DNA from: the human T2T-CHM13v2.0 reference genome, Homo sapiens
Assembly (NCBI RefSeq): GCF_009914755.1
Contig: NC_060925.1
DNA length: 64,000 nt
Direction: 5' to 3' (one strand)
In this document: positions 28,990 through 43,484 of the stretch, piece by piece
How the letters are laid out: each line of letters opens with the position of its first letter
Numbering within the stretch: the stretch's first letter is position 1
Notes under the pieces: model-generated
Seen by the model: only the letters and a program-made list of their open reading frames with translations
Told to the model about the DNA's origin: nothing
Database searches by the model: none
Position numbers and translations under genes: made by a program

Positions 28990-29212
28990 AGATAATTATT
29001 CCCAGATTATCTAACCCCTTGTTCTACTTTATTTTATTACACAGTTTATAATATTATTTAAGTTAGTTATTTCTGTTTGTTTTCATTTATTAGCTGTCTC
29101 TTCCATCAGATTGTAGACTTCATGATAGCTGGTTATTTGTTTAAATTATTCACTAACATAATCCCACTTCCTGAAACAAAGTCTAGTAAGTACAAATTTG
29201 TTTAATGAAGGA
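28990..29212 (+). mobile_element. L2 3' end
   Basis: tgtctcttccatcagattgtagacttcatga...aaatttgtttaatgaa. Confidence 0.6.
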
Positions 29213-30690
29213 AATATTTGCTAAACTCGTGGGAGCTACTATATTTCAGTGAAATGATATAGCACATAATTTTATTCTAGATCTTTGAATATATGGTGAC
29301 ATGACAAGCAATATTTGTAAATTAATTTCTAATAATGTCTATTTAATTTCTTACAGTAAATATGAAGAGACTGTCTCCTAATAAAAATAAAAAGAGAAAT
29401 AAAACAATGAAAGCAGTAATGGATTGGAAAATTAAGTCAGTATAATATTCATTATTTCAAAGCTGTGAGAAGTGAATAAAACTCTCTAAAATTGCTCTCT
29501 TTGCCTGTCTTTCAGCCTAAGGAAGATAACTTTGGATTGTGGTGTTATGCAAAATTTTTGACTATTTGTGTAGCGTTCTGAACTCTATACATTTACAACA
29601 TGAAAAATGTAGAACTGCTTTAAATTGGATTGAAGATCATTTTGTTTTAAAGTATAGTGTATTTAAAATAATATTTTTATTTATAGTAAACTATTAAATT
29701 ATCTAAAATCAAAAATTAAAAATCATCTGGTTAATACATTTTAAGGGATTAGCTAGACTTCTATGACTCTTTGCTCACAGGATGAAATCAAATATATATA
29801 AATACAAAGAAAGAATACTTGGCATTAAGAAATGAGTAAGCATTTAAAAATGGGATTAAAAAGCATAGACATGGAGAAAAATAAAAATTAAGGTAGAGAA
29901 ATGTAAGGTAGATACGGGCACTGAGAAGTAAGTATTATCTATAATTGTGTGAAAGACTATTTACCCTGATTTGAAATGGGAAAATCCACCCTAAAATGTC
30001 CTGAAAGTTTCTCAGTAACTGGGCTCCGTATCTTAAATGGCTTCAAAAAGTCGATGAGAGCATAACTGAAGACACGGCAAATAATAAAAGACTGTAATAA
30101 ATTAGTGGAGCAAGGTTTTCTTCAAAATTACAAAGTCAATCATGTGAAAATATTATCCCAAAGTATTTGTTATTGGTTGCTATTATGGCATCCAGTATTT
30201 CATTGCTTTCAGACTTCTTTATTTTTTCTGAATCTGATCTTCAAACACTATCTTCTTCAAGTTCAGTGTGGCTACCTAAAAATGTTCCCATCTTGCTCTG
30301 AGAAGTAAGGCTCTAGGGAAAAATTCACTGGAATGTCAGCCACAGTATGCAAAAGTGGATGAAGAAATACAGAATGAAGAAAAGGACATGAAATTAGTCT
30401 CTAGAAATGTATGAATTAAATTGGATTAATCACAATATATACTATATAAAAAAGTATGCAGTACATAAATACACAGATACAAAATATAGGCATCATTTTT
30501 GAAGTTATGTTATAATATATTGAGGCTATTTTATTAGAAAACGAACTTTATGCTAACTGTATAAAGGAAAAAAGAATAATTGCAGAAGAAATAATTTATA
30601 ATTTGCTTTTCCTTGGTTTTATTTAAAAATTAAATTAATTAAATTATAAGTATATTGTTTCCATATAATTTATAATAAATAAGGCATATA

Positions 30691-31046
<356 letters not shown>

Positions 31047-32956
31047 TCATTTCTTAGCTATATTCTGTTTAATTAAAAAATAGGGTATCCTCTATGTAAA
31101 GAAAAATATAATGTTATTGAGCCATTTTCTTCAGAAGAACAAGCTACTCTACCTATGTAGAGTGATAATGTATCCTCAGGATTGAAGATCAAAAGAGGTA
31201 ATATATACAAACATTCTTTGAAAGGTGCCTTATAAAACAAAAAATTGTTTTATCATAAAAATTTAAGGTAGTGCAGAGAGCTAACATGAAAAATGTAAAC
31301 ATTGGCAATAAGAACAAAGATATACTATGTTTGAAAAATGGTTGAAGTCCCTTTCGAATATCTATGTCAACATTCATTTTATGTAGACATAAACAGGTGT
31401 CAAAATTATTTCTGTTCTGCCAACATTATTTTTCTGGAAATAATTATTAGGAAGCACTAAACTGTATTTACACTAACCATCTGTTTATACAGTTGCCTTA
31501 CAAAGACAGTATTAGAATAAAAAAAGCCTCAGGCACTTCTATTATAATAATGAATGTCTCATGAGATGGGATGATGTGCAGGTTACAACATTCTGATAGT
31601 AATTTCTAATGCATTACAGTAGAGCATGGACTCTTGAGAATCAGATGAAATTTTCTTCCATCTAGATTACATTTTCTCACTGTCCCAATGTGCTTGATAT
31701 GAACTGACACCACCATAAATACTTTTATCTGAATGGCAGCACTGTCATAGTTAGACAGAGAAATATATAGCGTTGAGTGAAAAATAATTTTAGATACTTT
31801 CCAAGTGCTTTTTGCTGTTGTAACAGTAATTCCTGCAAAGTACATACTAAACCATGTAAAATTACAATCCTGACTATTGAGTTAGTGAATTATGTATACT
31901 TTGAGGAAAGCGGAAAATGTGTATTCAGATAGTATGTAAGATAGCTGCGCTTTCTGGAGGCTTATAGATCTACATATTGCCTATGTAATCACTCGAGGAA
32001 GGAAACCAAGTGCTCTTGCCCTTCTAATGAATTTTGAATGCATCAGTAATCACTGTATTATGTATCTCCAATTAACTAGAGAAACAGGCTCACAATATTC
32101 TAAATTTGTACACTAAGGAAGTACATAACACTGTGTTGTTAATTGAGAAAATACTCATTCCAACAAGGTTAACAACCCTAAAGGAGTTAAAATTTATCAA
32201 GTGCTTGAACAATGCATAGCACTTATTAAGTGCTAAACAATTTGTTGACAATTAAATATTCACTGTTTGAATTTTGTAAATTGCATTTTCTTCATAAAAC
32301 ACTGCATAAATTTGTCTCATATTTTAAATTATGACTTTCCTTTTTTTCTTCAATGAGTCTAAATAACATTGGTGGTGTTAGATATGATTGAACTCTATTA
32401 TTGATTGAATTCACTAAGCAAATTATCCAGCTTTTTTAAATAGTCAGATGATATTTTGAAGACTTTGCCATGTTGTATGATTACTCTAATTGCTTAAATA
32501 TTTTAGTAACATAAAAACAAGTTGTAGCAGTAGTGATGAATTGTATATCCAACAAGATTTCAATGCAACTTTATGTAACTTTATGTCACATCCTTGACCA
32601 CTATGCTTGCTGTATTTCTAAACAATTTAACTTGCTATTATTTAAAGCCTGATTAAAATATAAACTCTTGATAAAGTGTTCCCAAACTCTGTGCTAAATT
32701 TCTTAACCCAGTGCCAAATGTAAAGGCAGAAGAGACATTTTAAAAAACTTTTACTTTTTCTCATCAACTGTCTCTTCAATTATTTCTATCAATTTCCTAG
32801 GTACCATTGCTCAAGAAATTCAAGAACAATTATAAAGAAATTGAGAAAATAGATTCCAAATTTATATAAAAATTTAAAGTTCCAATAATGTCAAAAAATC
32901 TTGATGAAAGAATAATTTTGGACTTAAATTACTATCTTGAGATGTATTACATATAT

Positions 32957-33513
32957 TCAGTAAAAGATTAACCTTGCCCAAAGAAAGGTTTGTTGTTTTG
33001 CACTGATGTTCTGAGGGGTAATTTGAACTTATTGGAATGTACTGCCTGATAAGAGTGTCTTCATTTGCTGTAGGACCCTGTGCTATGCCACTGTACCTAT
33101 GCTAACAATGTAGTTTATGTTGGGGACTTCGGACCGTATGGTGTCATCTCAATCTCTGGATGGTCTGGAGACGAAATTCAGCCATATGGGTGGTCAGCAG
33201 TGTCTACATGATAAAAAGTCTGGATACCAGTCCTTGTATGAATTTTCCTGGTTAGCAGTGCTCCATGTGTATTGCCACACATTGTTGCTAGGAGGAATAT
33301 GTTCACACAACTCCTTTAAGAGATGACAACAGGAAGCTTCATGCTTGTTCTTTCCTGCACCATGCTCAATAAGCCTTTTTCTATTGCTTCTTTTAATCTG
33401 TATCCTTTCATTAACATGAAATGAAACCATGAGTATAACAACTTTGTTAAGATCTGTGAGCCTTTCTACAGATTTATTTAACCTAGAGGAGAGGTTTTAG
33501 AGACCTTCCTGAC
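32957..33513 (+). mobile_element. ERVL LTR, MER68-like, inserted in degraded L1ME sequence
   Basis: agtaaaagattaaccttgcccaaaga...ggaatgtactgcctgataagagtgtctt...ttttaatctgtatccttt...ccatgagtataaca. Confidence 0.75.
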
Positions 33514-33589
33514 TGTATTTATACAACTATGATTTTAAATTTATTTTGAACACACAGAAAAAAACCAAAGGAAGAGAATGCACTATGTG

Positions 33590-33800
33590 ATGCAATGTTG
33601 TTGCCAACAGCCACACAGCCATATGTTGCTATTTAAATTACATATAAATAAATTAAAATGAAATAAAATTAACTCTTCAGTTCCTCACATGCATTATATA
33701 AATATCCAGTGCTCAACAGCTATAAGGCTTTTGGCTATTATATAGAATTGCACAGATATAAAACATACCCATCATGAAAGAAACATATTGAACAGCACTT
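33590..33800 (-). mobile_element. MER3-like hAT-Charlie MITE
   Basis: agccatatgttgctatttaaatt...ttcagttcctca...gtgctcaacagc...cagatataaaacat...ttgaacagcact. Confidence 0.75.
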
Positions 33801-34729
33801 CAGTGAAAGTCCAACAAAAGAAAGGACAGGTTGATAAATGTTGTGAAAGATAAATGTTTCAGATGAATTGTGCATTAACATTTGAGAGGTAAAAGTACAA
33901 CACATCTAGAAAAGCATATGTGAAACAAATTAAAGGTTTACACACACATTTGGCAAAAAAAATACACATAAATATAACTACAATAGTGGTATATGTTGTG
34001 AAACAGAAGTTTGCTCTGAAAGTATATAATAAAAATGCCTAGTGATGCTCAGGTTAATGCTAATTGTGAAAAAAAGAAAAACTTCCCTGAATTTCCCCGT
34101 GTTCTTGTAAAAACCCCAGCTTCCTAGAACCATCTTCGTATACCAGGAAATATGTAGACATTTGTCTAGTTCACTGCTGTGACCTCGAAGGCCAGTAAAA
34201 TGTCTCTTATTACTTGGAGGTGCCCAAACAGTTACAGCACTGGACTAGGTCCCTAGTAAAGTATCAAAGGCTCCTGGAAAGATTGAAGCTTTATCTTTCT
34301 AGGTATTAGCATATCAATGAGGAATAAGACCCAACCACTTGGAGATAAATTTAGGTCTTAAAAGCTGAGACATGCAGAGCTATCAGACTCCTGCAAAGAT
34401 ATTTTCACATCTTAAAGAGCTAGAAAATAAAAGTGGGACTATTGCATGGAGGAGACACTTTGAGGTAGTGAGAGAAATAGCTACCTCCTTCTACTCTATA
34501 AGTACAGGAAAATCATCCTCTAAACCTCTTATTTTTGGACTTACAACCACTCAGGCAGGAAAATTCCCACCACTGGCTCTCATGGTGTCACGCTAAGTGT
34601 AATGACTAGAGCAATGAGGGCATGGAGATAGATACACATGTTATTTATTGTAAAGTTTAAAAAAATCTTTCTAATTCCACAGAGATTTTATTTGCACTCC
34701 TGATAAAATAAGTAGAGATGCATATTCAA

Positions 34730-34935
34730 AACCCAGCACTAACACATGTACTATATCTAAAATTTTTGAATGCTTTTATATCTTTTACATGACAGTAAGT
34801 GCTTATCCTCCAATTTACAAATGAGAAAATAAAGACAGAGAGAAGTTAAATATCCTGTCTAACTACAATGACCTATCTCATAAGTGGTAGAGCTATGCTT
34901 TAATAAAAGAATTTGATTCCAAAGTCCATGTGATT
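34730..34935 (-). mobile_element. MIR
   Basis: ttatcctccaatttacaaatgagaaaataaagacagagagaagttaaat...taagtggtagagct. Confidence 0.7.
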
Positions 34936-35759
34936 AAAATCTGTGATATAAAATGAGGAGACCTTCTTAAGGAGCTTTCAGTTAAGATGCTACTTGAAAG
35001 CTTTAGGCAGGTGTAGGTGGGGTGATGATTGTCCAAACAGAGAGAAAATAACTTAAAAAAAAAGATTTGGCATATTAAAAGGAGAGAGAAAATGCCGAAC
35101 CAAAGAAGAAAACTCATAATTAGTATAGATCTACTGACAAGACAGCATTACAGTTTTTATTTTGTAGACTCCTACTAAGGGTAACGTACACACATTATTG
35201 CTTCAACATTGTATAGATATTCCTGAATAATCTCATACTTCACTAAATTGCAAGCCAAAATATCAAGGCTTACAAATAAAGATAAAGCCAGAAGCAGATT
35301 ACTTCAAATATAGATTCCTAAAAAAGATAACCATCCAAAGAAAACCAGTAGCACAGCTAGCTCTCCCCTGACTTTCACACACAGAATCATATCCTTAGTA
35401 GCCCTAAAATGTAAACTCTGCTTTCTTCATTCCTGTGGATCCTTACAGGGATTCACTTTCAAAAAAGACCAGTGTTATCAAAATTCTAAACTTGAAATCA
35501 ATAAACATTGATATGCAAATGCCTAAAGAGATAAAGAGATTGTGTAGTACTCTTTATCTTTGGTGTTTTTTTTTTAATTTGGAGAAAATGTTTTCACCTT
35601 TTCCTCATTTATACTCTCTGCTTTCTGAAATAATTTAACAGAGTAGAATCAAAGAAGTTCTTGAAGCAATAAATCAACTACTACTTTCATTAAACAAAGG
35701 CATTTTCGTAGAGGCTTTAGTTATTCTTAAGGTTTTTATGTTGCCTAGGTTTGTCCTTT

Positions 35760-36235
35760 TGTTACTAAGCTAGCAATGCCCTTACTTCCAAACATGCTTA
35801 GAAGCCAATACTATGGCACAGGCTTTTGAGAAAAGAAAGGTTTACTGTCAATCAACTGGAAAGGAGACAGAAGACAGCACTCAAACTTGTCTTCTTCAGC
35901 TAGAGACTGGGGTAGGTTTTATAGACAGAGGGTAATGAGGCATGATGTAATTAGATATTGGAATGAAGTGATGTCTGGAATCATGATCTGACTGGACTCT
36001 GCCACGGTGTGATGCCAGGGCTCAGTCTAATTGGATGATGGATTATGAAGTGTGTGCTTCTTCATTCAGTCCCCTTTCCTTGGATTGAGCACTTAGGTTC
36101 TGCCTGTGGTTGCATGCCTGGTTAATCTGGGCACGCCTGGGTTACATAACTTGAAACCTGGGGTCCATGGCGACTGAAAAACAACTCACTATTTTATGAT
36201 ACAAAGTTAAACCAGATTGTGGTTCTGTGGTTACA
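35760..36235 (-). mobile_element. ERV1-class solo LTR (family not assigned)
   Basis: TG...CA termini (tgttact...ggttaca); imperfect 4-bp TSD cttt/ctgt; antisense TATA-like (ttttata) and polyA-like motifs. Confidence 0.65.
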
Positions 36236-36794
36236 CTGTCCTGTGGGAAAACTTGTCAACTGAAGCTTTAAAATATTAATGTACCTGAACAAAATTACAT
36301 ATAAAACAAATCAGCTTCTAAGTTATATTAATATTGTTTCCTATTTACTGATATGGGAGCTAACACTCATTAAAGTAAAACATTTGAGAAAAAACAGACT
36401 TGACTCATAATAAATATTAAATGTGATACTTATTAGTCCTTTATGAAATAATTTATGTATTAAGAAATATCACCATTTTAATATTTTGTAGCTGAGAGTT
36501 TACTTTGCAGTTGAAATTTGTGTCATTACTTTGACATAGATCTTTCCTCAGTCATATGGAAACTGTTACAACTTCAAGTTTTTGTCCTTATTTACTACTT
36601 TTCAATATGCATGGGAGTAAATTAAATTAACATCTCAGATCATCTCTTAGTTCATTTGTAAGTTGAAAAGGTTAGAATTACTAGGTATCTTGCAAACTTG
36701 ACCAGCTCTGCAGCAAGTTTTAGAGAAAACAAAATGTAGCTTTAATTATTTGAGTTCATATTCTTTAGGAGAAAATTTCTAAGAGTTTCTCACA

Positions 36795-37030
36795 ATATAT
36801 CTCTACATATCATTTTATATATCTATAGTTTCTTTATGTAGAGATATAGATATATAGAGAAATTATAGATGCATATGTACACACATATCTATGTAGATAC
36901 AGATAAACATACACAGAGAGACATGTACATGCATACACACATATATATGTTTAGACAATTTTAATTTTTATGAAGAACGTGTGTGTATGTGCATGAGTGT
37001 GTGTATACATATGCATATATATTTGTTTAT
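36795..37030. repeat. TA/CA-rich low-complexity tract
   Basis: Degenerate (TA)n/(CA)n/(TG)n. Confidence 0.7.
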
Positions 37031-38214
37031 ATGTTTTATTAGAAAAACAAAGTGGTAGATGCCCCTTCTGAGAAATATCCTTAAAGTCTTTTAATGGTCT
37101 CCGATTTCAGTTACCTTGTAGTCCACACTCTTTACCATACCCTTGTTATAACTATGTGGGCAGTTTTATATTAAGAAATTTTGACTTATTGGATGAACCA
37201 CAAGGAACCCAAAAAGCATAAAAAATCATAAAATATGTGGTATATTTTATTTTAAAAATAATTTTATAGACTCACTGGGTATATGTGCAGGTTTGTTACA
37301 TGAATATATTTTGTAGTGATGAGATTTGGAATTCTAGTGTACTTCTCACCCAAATAGTGAATATTGTACCCAACAGATAATTTTCAACGCTCATTCTCAT
37401 CCCATTCTCCCCTATTTTGGTGTCCCCATTGTCTACTGCTTTTATCCATCACAGTGTGTACCATTGTTTAGCTCTTACTTATATGTGAGAACATGAAATA
37501 TTTGATTTTCCGAATCTGAATTATTTCACTTAGGATAATGGCCTCCAGCTCCATTTATGTTGTCTCTCAGGACATGACTTCATTATTTTTATGGTTACTT
37601 AGTGTTCCATTGTGTACATGTATCACACTTTGTTTATTCAATCGTCTACTGATATATACTTAGATTCCATGACTTTGCAATTGTGAGTAGTGAACTGTTT
37701 TGTGATAAACATATGAGTGTAGGTGTCTTTTTGATATAACAATTTCTTTTTCTTTGAGTAGATATCAGTAGTGGGATTGCTGGGTCGAATGGTAGCTATA
37801 TTTTCAGTGATTTGAGAAATCTCCATATTGTTTTTCACCGTGGTTGTGCTAATTTACATTCCCATGCACAGTATATAAGTGCTCCCTTTTTTTCTTCATC
37901 CTCACTGACATCTGTCATTTTTTGACTTGTTAATCAGAGCAATTCTGATGGCTGTGAGTAGGTATCTCATTGTGATTTTAATTTGTATTTCTCTGATGAT
38001 TAGCAATGTAGAAAATTTTTTCATATGTTTGCTTTACACTTTTATGTCTTCCTTTTAGAAGTGTCTGTTCATGTCTTTGGCAGATTTTTTAATTGAGATT
38101 TTCTTTTTATCTTTTGAGTGGTTTGAGTTCCTTGTAAATTCTGGATATTACTGCTTTTCAGATGCATAATTGGTGCATATTTTCTCCCATTTTTATGTTG
38201 TCTGTTACATTCAA

Positions 38215-38293
38215 TTCTTTCTTTCCCTCTCTTTCTTTCTTTCTTTCCTTTCTTTCTTTTTCTTTCTTTCTCTTTCTCTTTCTTCTTTCTTTC

Positions 38294-38352
<59 letters not shown>

Positions 38353-38381
38353 CTCTCTCTCCCTCTCGCTCTCTTTCTTTC

Positions 38382-38415
<34 letters not shown>

Positions 38416-38431
38416 TCCTTTCTTTCTTTTT
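38215..38431. repeat. (TTTC)n/(TC)n polypyrimidine microsatellite derived from an L1 polyA tail
   Basis: About 215 bp almost pure pyrimidine on + strand. Confidence 0.95.
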
Positions 38432-38821
38432 GTTCCAGGGTACATGTGCAGGATGTGCACATTTGTTTCATTGGAAAATGTGTGCTATGATGGTTTGCTG
38501 CACCTATCAACGCATCACCTAAGTAATAAGCCCAGCATGCATTAGCATTTTTCTTGATGTTCTCCCTCCTCCCTCACCTGCCCAACAAGCTCCAGAGTGT
38601 GTTGTTCTCCTCCCTGTGTCTATGTGTTCTCATTGATCAGCTCCCACTTATAAGTGAGAACATGTAGTGTTTGGTTTTCTGTTCCTGCATTAGTTTGCTG
38701 AGGATAATGGCTTCCAGCTCCATCCATGTCCCTGCAAAAGACATGATCTCATTCTTTTTTATGGCTGCATAGTATTCCATGATGTAATCAACACAAATGC
38801 CCATCAATGATAGACTGGATA
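38215..38821 (-). mobile_element. 5'-truncated, 5'-inverted L1PA10-like insertion
   Basis: cacctatcaacgcatcacctaagtaataagcccagcatgcattagc; inverted piece 38786-38821; degenerate TSD acattcaattcttt / acatttaaattttt. Confidence 0.85.
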
Positions 38822-41123
38822 CATTTAAATTTTTAATCTACCTTAAGTTAATTTTTGTATATGCTGAGAGATAGGGGTCCAGTTTCATTCTTCTGCATAT
38901 GGCTGTATAATTTTTCTGTCACCATTTATTAAATAGGATGCCCTTTTACCATTGTTTATTTTTGTCAACTTTGTCGAAAAAAAGTTTGTTGTACATACGT
39001 GGCTTTATTTCTGAGATATTTATTCTGTTCCAATGACCCGTTTTCTTTTTTTGCAGTAGAATCTTGTTATGTTCATTACTATAGCCTTATGGTATAGTTT
39101 GAAGTGAGATAACACGATGCCTCCAGCTTTATTCTTTTACTTACAATTGCTTTGACTACTTGGGCTCTTTGTGGTTGTATATGAATTTTAGGATTTTCTT
39201 CCAACTCTGTAAAAAATGACTGGTAATTTGATTGGAATTGCTTTGAATCTGTAGATTACTTTGGGCAGTATGATCATTTTAACAATATTGAGTCTTCCAA
39301 CCCATGAGGATGGGATACTTGTCTATTTGTTTGTGTCATCTGTTTCTTTCATCAGTATTTTCAGATCTCTTTGTATAGTTCTTTAACCTCCTAGGCATTG
39401 TTTTTTTCTATTGCAAATACGATTGAGTTTTGATTTGATTCTAACTTTTAATGTTATTGTTTTCTAGAAATAATACTGATTTTATATGTTGAGTTTGTAT
39501 CCTGACACTTTACTGAATAATTTATCATGTCTTGGAGTCTTTAAGAGAAGTCTTTAGGGTTTTCTATGTATAAGATTACATCATCAGTCAATCGAGATAA
39601 TTTGCCTTAGTCTTTCATAATTTAATTTATTAAATAACTTTAATTTCTTTCTCTTGACTGATTGCTCTATCTAGGACTTCCAGTACTGAGTTGAATAAGA
39701 GTGGTGAGAGTGAGTATCCTTGTCTTGTTCCAGTTCTTAGGGAGACTGTTTTCAACTTGTGCTCATTCAGTATGATGTTGACTCTGGGTTTATCATGCAT
39801 AGCTTTTATTATTTTGAGGTATAGTTCATTTATTCCTAAATAGTAGAGGGTTTTATCATAAAGAGATGTTGGATCTTATCAAATGTTTTTTGCGCATTGA
39901 TTGAAATTTTCATATGGTTTTTGCTTTTAATTGTGTTTATGTGGTGAGTTACATTTATTGACTTGTGTATTTTGAACCTTCCTTGCATCCGTGGGATAAA
40001 ATCCACTTCATCATGATGTATTATCTTTTTGAAATGCTGCCAGATTTGGTTTGCTAGTATTGTGCTGAGGATATTTGTATCAATTTTCAACAGGTATATT
40101 GGTCTGTAGATTTCTCTCTTTTTTTTTTCTTCTTTGTATTGTTTTTTGGTATGTCCTTGCATACTTTTTGTATCAGGGTCACACTGGCTTCACGGAGTGA
40201 ATTAGAGTAGAATCCCTCTTCCTAGATATTTTGAAATAGTTTCATGAAGATAGCCACCAACTCTTCGTTGTATGTCTGATAAAATTTGGCTATGAATCCA
40301 TCTGGTCCTGGGCTTTTTGTTGGGAGATTTTTTTTTTAATTATCGATTCAATTTTATTATTCTTCATTGGTCTGTTCAGAAGTTTTGCTTCTTACTGAAT
40401 CAAACTTGGGAAGTTGTGTGTTTCCAGAAATCTATTTCCTCCAAAGTTTTCTAGTCTGTGCATATGGATATATTCATAATCTCTCATAATCTTTTGTATT
40501 TCTATAGTATCAGTTGTGATATCATCTTTATCATTTCTAATTGTGCTTATTTGAAACTTCTGTCTTTTTTCTTGGTTAATCTAGCTAGCAGTCTAACAAT
40601 TTTGTCTATCCTTTCAAAGAATGAACTTTTCATTCCATTGAGATTTTGTACGATATTTTATTTCAATTTTATTTAGCTCTTTTCTGAACTTTGTTATTTC
40701 TTTTTCTCTGCTAGCTTTGGTTTTGGTTTATCCTTGCTTTTTTAGTTCTTTTGGTGTGTTGTTGAGTTCTTAATTTGAGATATTTATATCTTTTCAATAT
40801 AGGTATTTAACCATATAAAATTTCATTTTAAGACTGCTTTTGCTGTGTCCCAAAGGTTTAGGTATGTTGGGTCTCTGTTTCTATTTATTTCAAATATTTT
40901 TTTATTTCAGCCTTAATTTCTTTGTTTACCCCTGTCATTCAGAAACCAATTGTGTAATTTTAATATATTTCTGTGGTTTTGAGTTTATTTTGGTGTTCAT
41001 TTACAATTATTTGATTTTCTTGAATTTATTGAGACTCAATTTATGGTCAAGTATATGGACTACTTTGAAGAATATATATGTATTATTTTGAAGAATGATT
41101 AAAGAATGACGAAACAATTCTAG

Positions 41124-41417
<294 letters not shown>

Positions 41418-42277
41418 TAGGTCCAGTAGTATTTGCTTTACGAATTTAGGTGCCCTGGTGTTGGATGTATGTATATAAAGGATAGTTATAACTTCTTATT
41501 GGATTGAAATCATTATGATGACCTTGTTTGTATTTTTTTTACTTTTTTTGATTTAAAACCTGTTTGATCTCATATAAATATAGCAACTCCTGCTTGTCTT
41601 TGGTTTCCATTGTGTGGTATATTTTTTCCACCACACTTCTTTGACTCTGTGGGTGTTTTTACCCATTGCCTTTGTCTCCAGTAGGCAGCAAATGTTTGAA
41701 TCTTGTTTTTTTTTTTTCATCCAATTTGCCAGTCTATATCTTTAAGTGGGGACATTTATGTCAGTTATGTTTAAGGATAACATTGCTATGTGAGTCTCTG
41801 TTCCTGTCACAGTGTTCTTACATGGTTGATTTGTAATTTTAATTTTGTGATTGCCTTATAGGATTTGTGAGCTTTGTACTTACATGTGCTTTTATGAAAA
41901 TCAGTATTGTCTTTCATTTCCATTTTTAGATTTCCTTCACACATTTCTTGTAAGGCCACCCTAGTGATAACACATTCCCTTAGCATTTGCTTATCTGGGA
42001 AAGGCTTTCTTTCTCCTTCATTTATGAGACTTAATTTATAAGCTTACAAAGTTCTTGTCTGGGAAATTTTTTCTTTAAGAGGACTGAAAATAGGACTACA
42101 GTTCCTTCTGGCTTGTAAGGTTTCTTCTGAGAGGTCTACTGTCAGTCTGATGGAACTCCTTCATGGGTGATTTGACACTTCTCTCTTGATACTTTCAACT
42201 TTTTTTCTGTCTGTTGAATTTAAATGGTCTGATGATAATCTCTTGATGATGTTCATCATGCAAAATATCTTCCAGTT

Positions 42278-42698
42278 TATATTAGGCTTGTATTGCTACA
42301 AAGAAATACCTGAGATTGGGTAATCTGTAAAGGAAAGAGGTTTAATTGGCTTATAATTCTGCAGGCTTTACAGGAAGCATGGTGCTGGCATCTGCTCAGC
42401 TTCTGATGAAGCCTCAGGAAGCTTTCAATCATGGTAGAAGGTGAAGCAAGAATTAGCGTGTCACATGTCAAAAGCAGGGGTAAGTCAGAAAGAATTGGAG
42501 GGTGCTGCACACTTTTAAATAACAAAATCTTGTGTGAACTCAGAGTGAGAGCTCATTTATCACCAAGGGGATAACCCAAGCCATTCATGAGTGAATCACC
42601 TGCATAAACCAAACACCTGTCATCAAACCCCATCTCCAGCATGGGGGATTACAATTTAACATAACATTTGAGTGGGGATAAATATCCAGATTATATCA
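42278..42698 (-). mobile_element. MaLR LTR MSTA-like
   Basis: aagaaatacctgagattgggtaat...ggaagcatggtgctggcatctgctcagcttctg...ttatatca; 5-bp TSD cagtt/aagtt. Confidence 0.88.
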
Positions 42699-43467
42699 AA
42701 GTTGTACTCTGAGGTTCTTGAACCTGGATTTCTGCATCTCTATCAAAACCAGGGAAATTTTCCTGAGTTATTCCCTCACATTGGTTTACTAATCATTTTA
42801 ATTTTTCTTCTTATACCTCAGAAATATATATAACTCATAGGTTAGGTCACTTTCCATAATCTCATATTTCTAGAATGCTTTGTTTATCTTTAAAATTTAA
42901 AAAAAAAATTGTCTGACTGGGTTTGTTGAAAAAAGCCTAAATTTGCACTCTGAGATTATTTCTTCTCTTTGGTGTAGCCTGTTGTTAAAACTTTAAATGG
43001 TAATTTGTAACTCAATTTTTCATTTTCAGAAGTTATGTTGTACTTTAAAAAAAGATATCTATGTTTTCTTTCACATCTTGTACTATCTCTCTGATTTTTT
43101 TGTGTGTGGTTTTTAACTTTCTCTTGGATATCATTGAGCTTCCTTATTATCTTTATTTTAAGATGTTTTTACCTATCATTTCAGAATTTTTATTTTAGTT
43201 ATAATCCAGTGCTTGGGGATTAGTGTAGTTCTTTGAAGATATTGCAACTCTCTGTTGTTTACTGGTACCAGAGTTCTTACACTGATTTCTTCTCATCTGG
43301 GGAAGCTGTCACTTCTGACTTTTACATTTACTCTCATTTGAATTTTTTTTTTTTTCACCTGAGGTTGCAAATGTAGCATATGTGGGAAGATTCTTTGGCT
43401 TTGCTTATTTAGCCTGTGCACTTCTGTCAGTAGGTTTTTTTTAGTGTGTCAGGCAGTTCAGCCTCCA

Positions 43468-43484
43468 GGCCAGCAGGTGGCACC
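43468..43484 (+). promoter_or_regulatory. CTCF consensus motif in the L1PB4 5' UTR (binding unproven)
   Basis: ggccagcaggtggcacc matches the CCASYAGRKGGCRS core. Confidence 0.5.

Noticed and set aside
31606-31845. 79-aa minus-strand ORF with an internal acceptor-like tactttgcag
   Set aside because: No convincing donor and no recognisable protein
38158-38545. K/E/R-rich and F/L/S-rich ORFs of 99-127 aa
   Set aside because: Translations of the (TTTC)n tract
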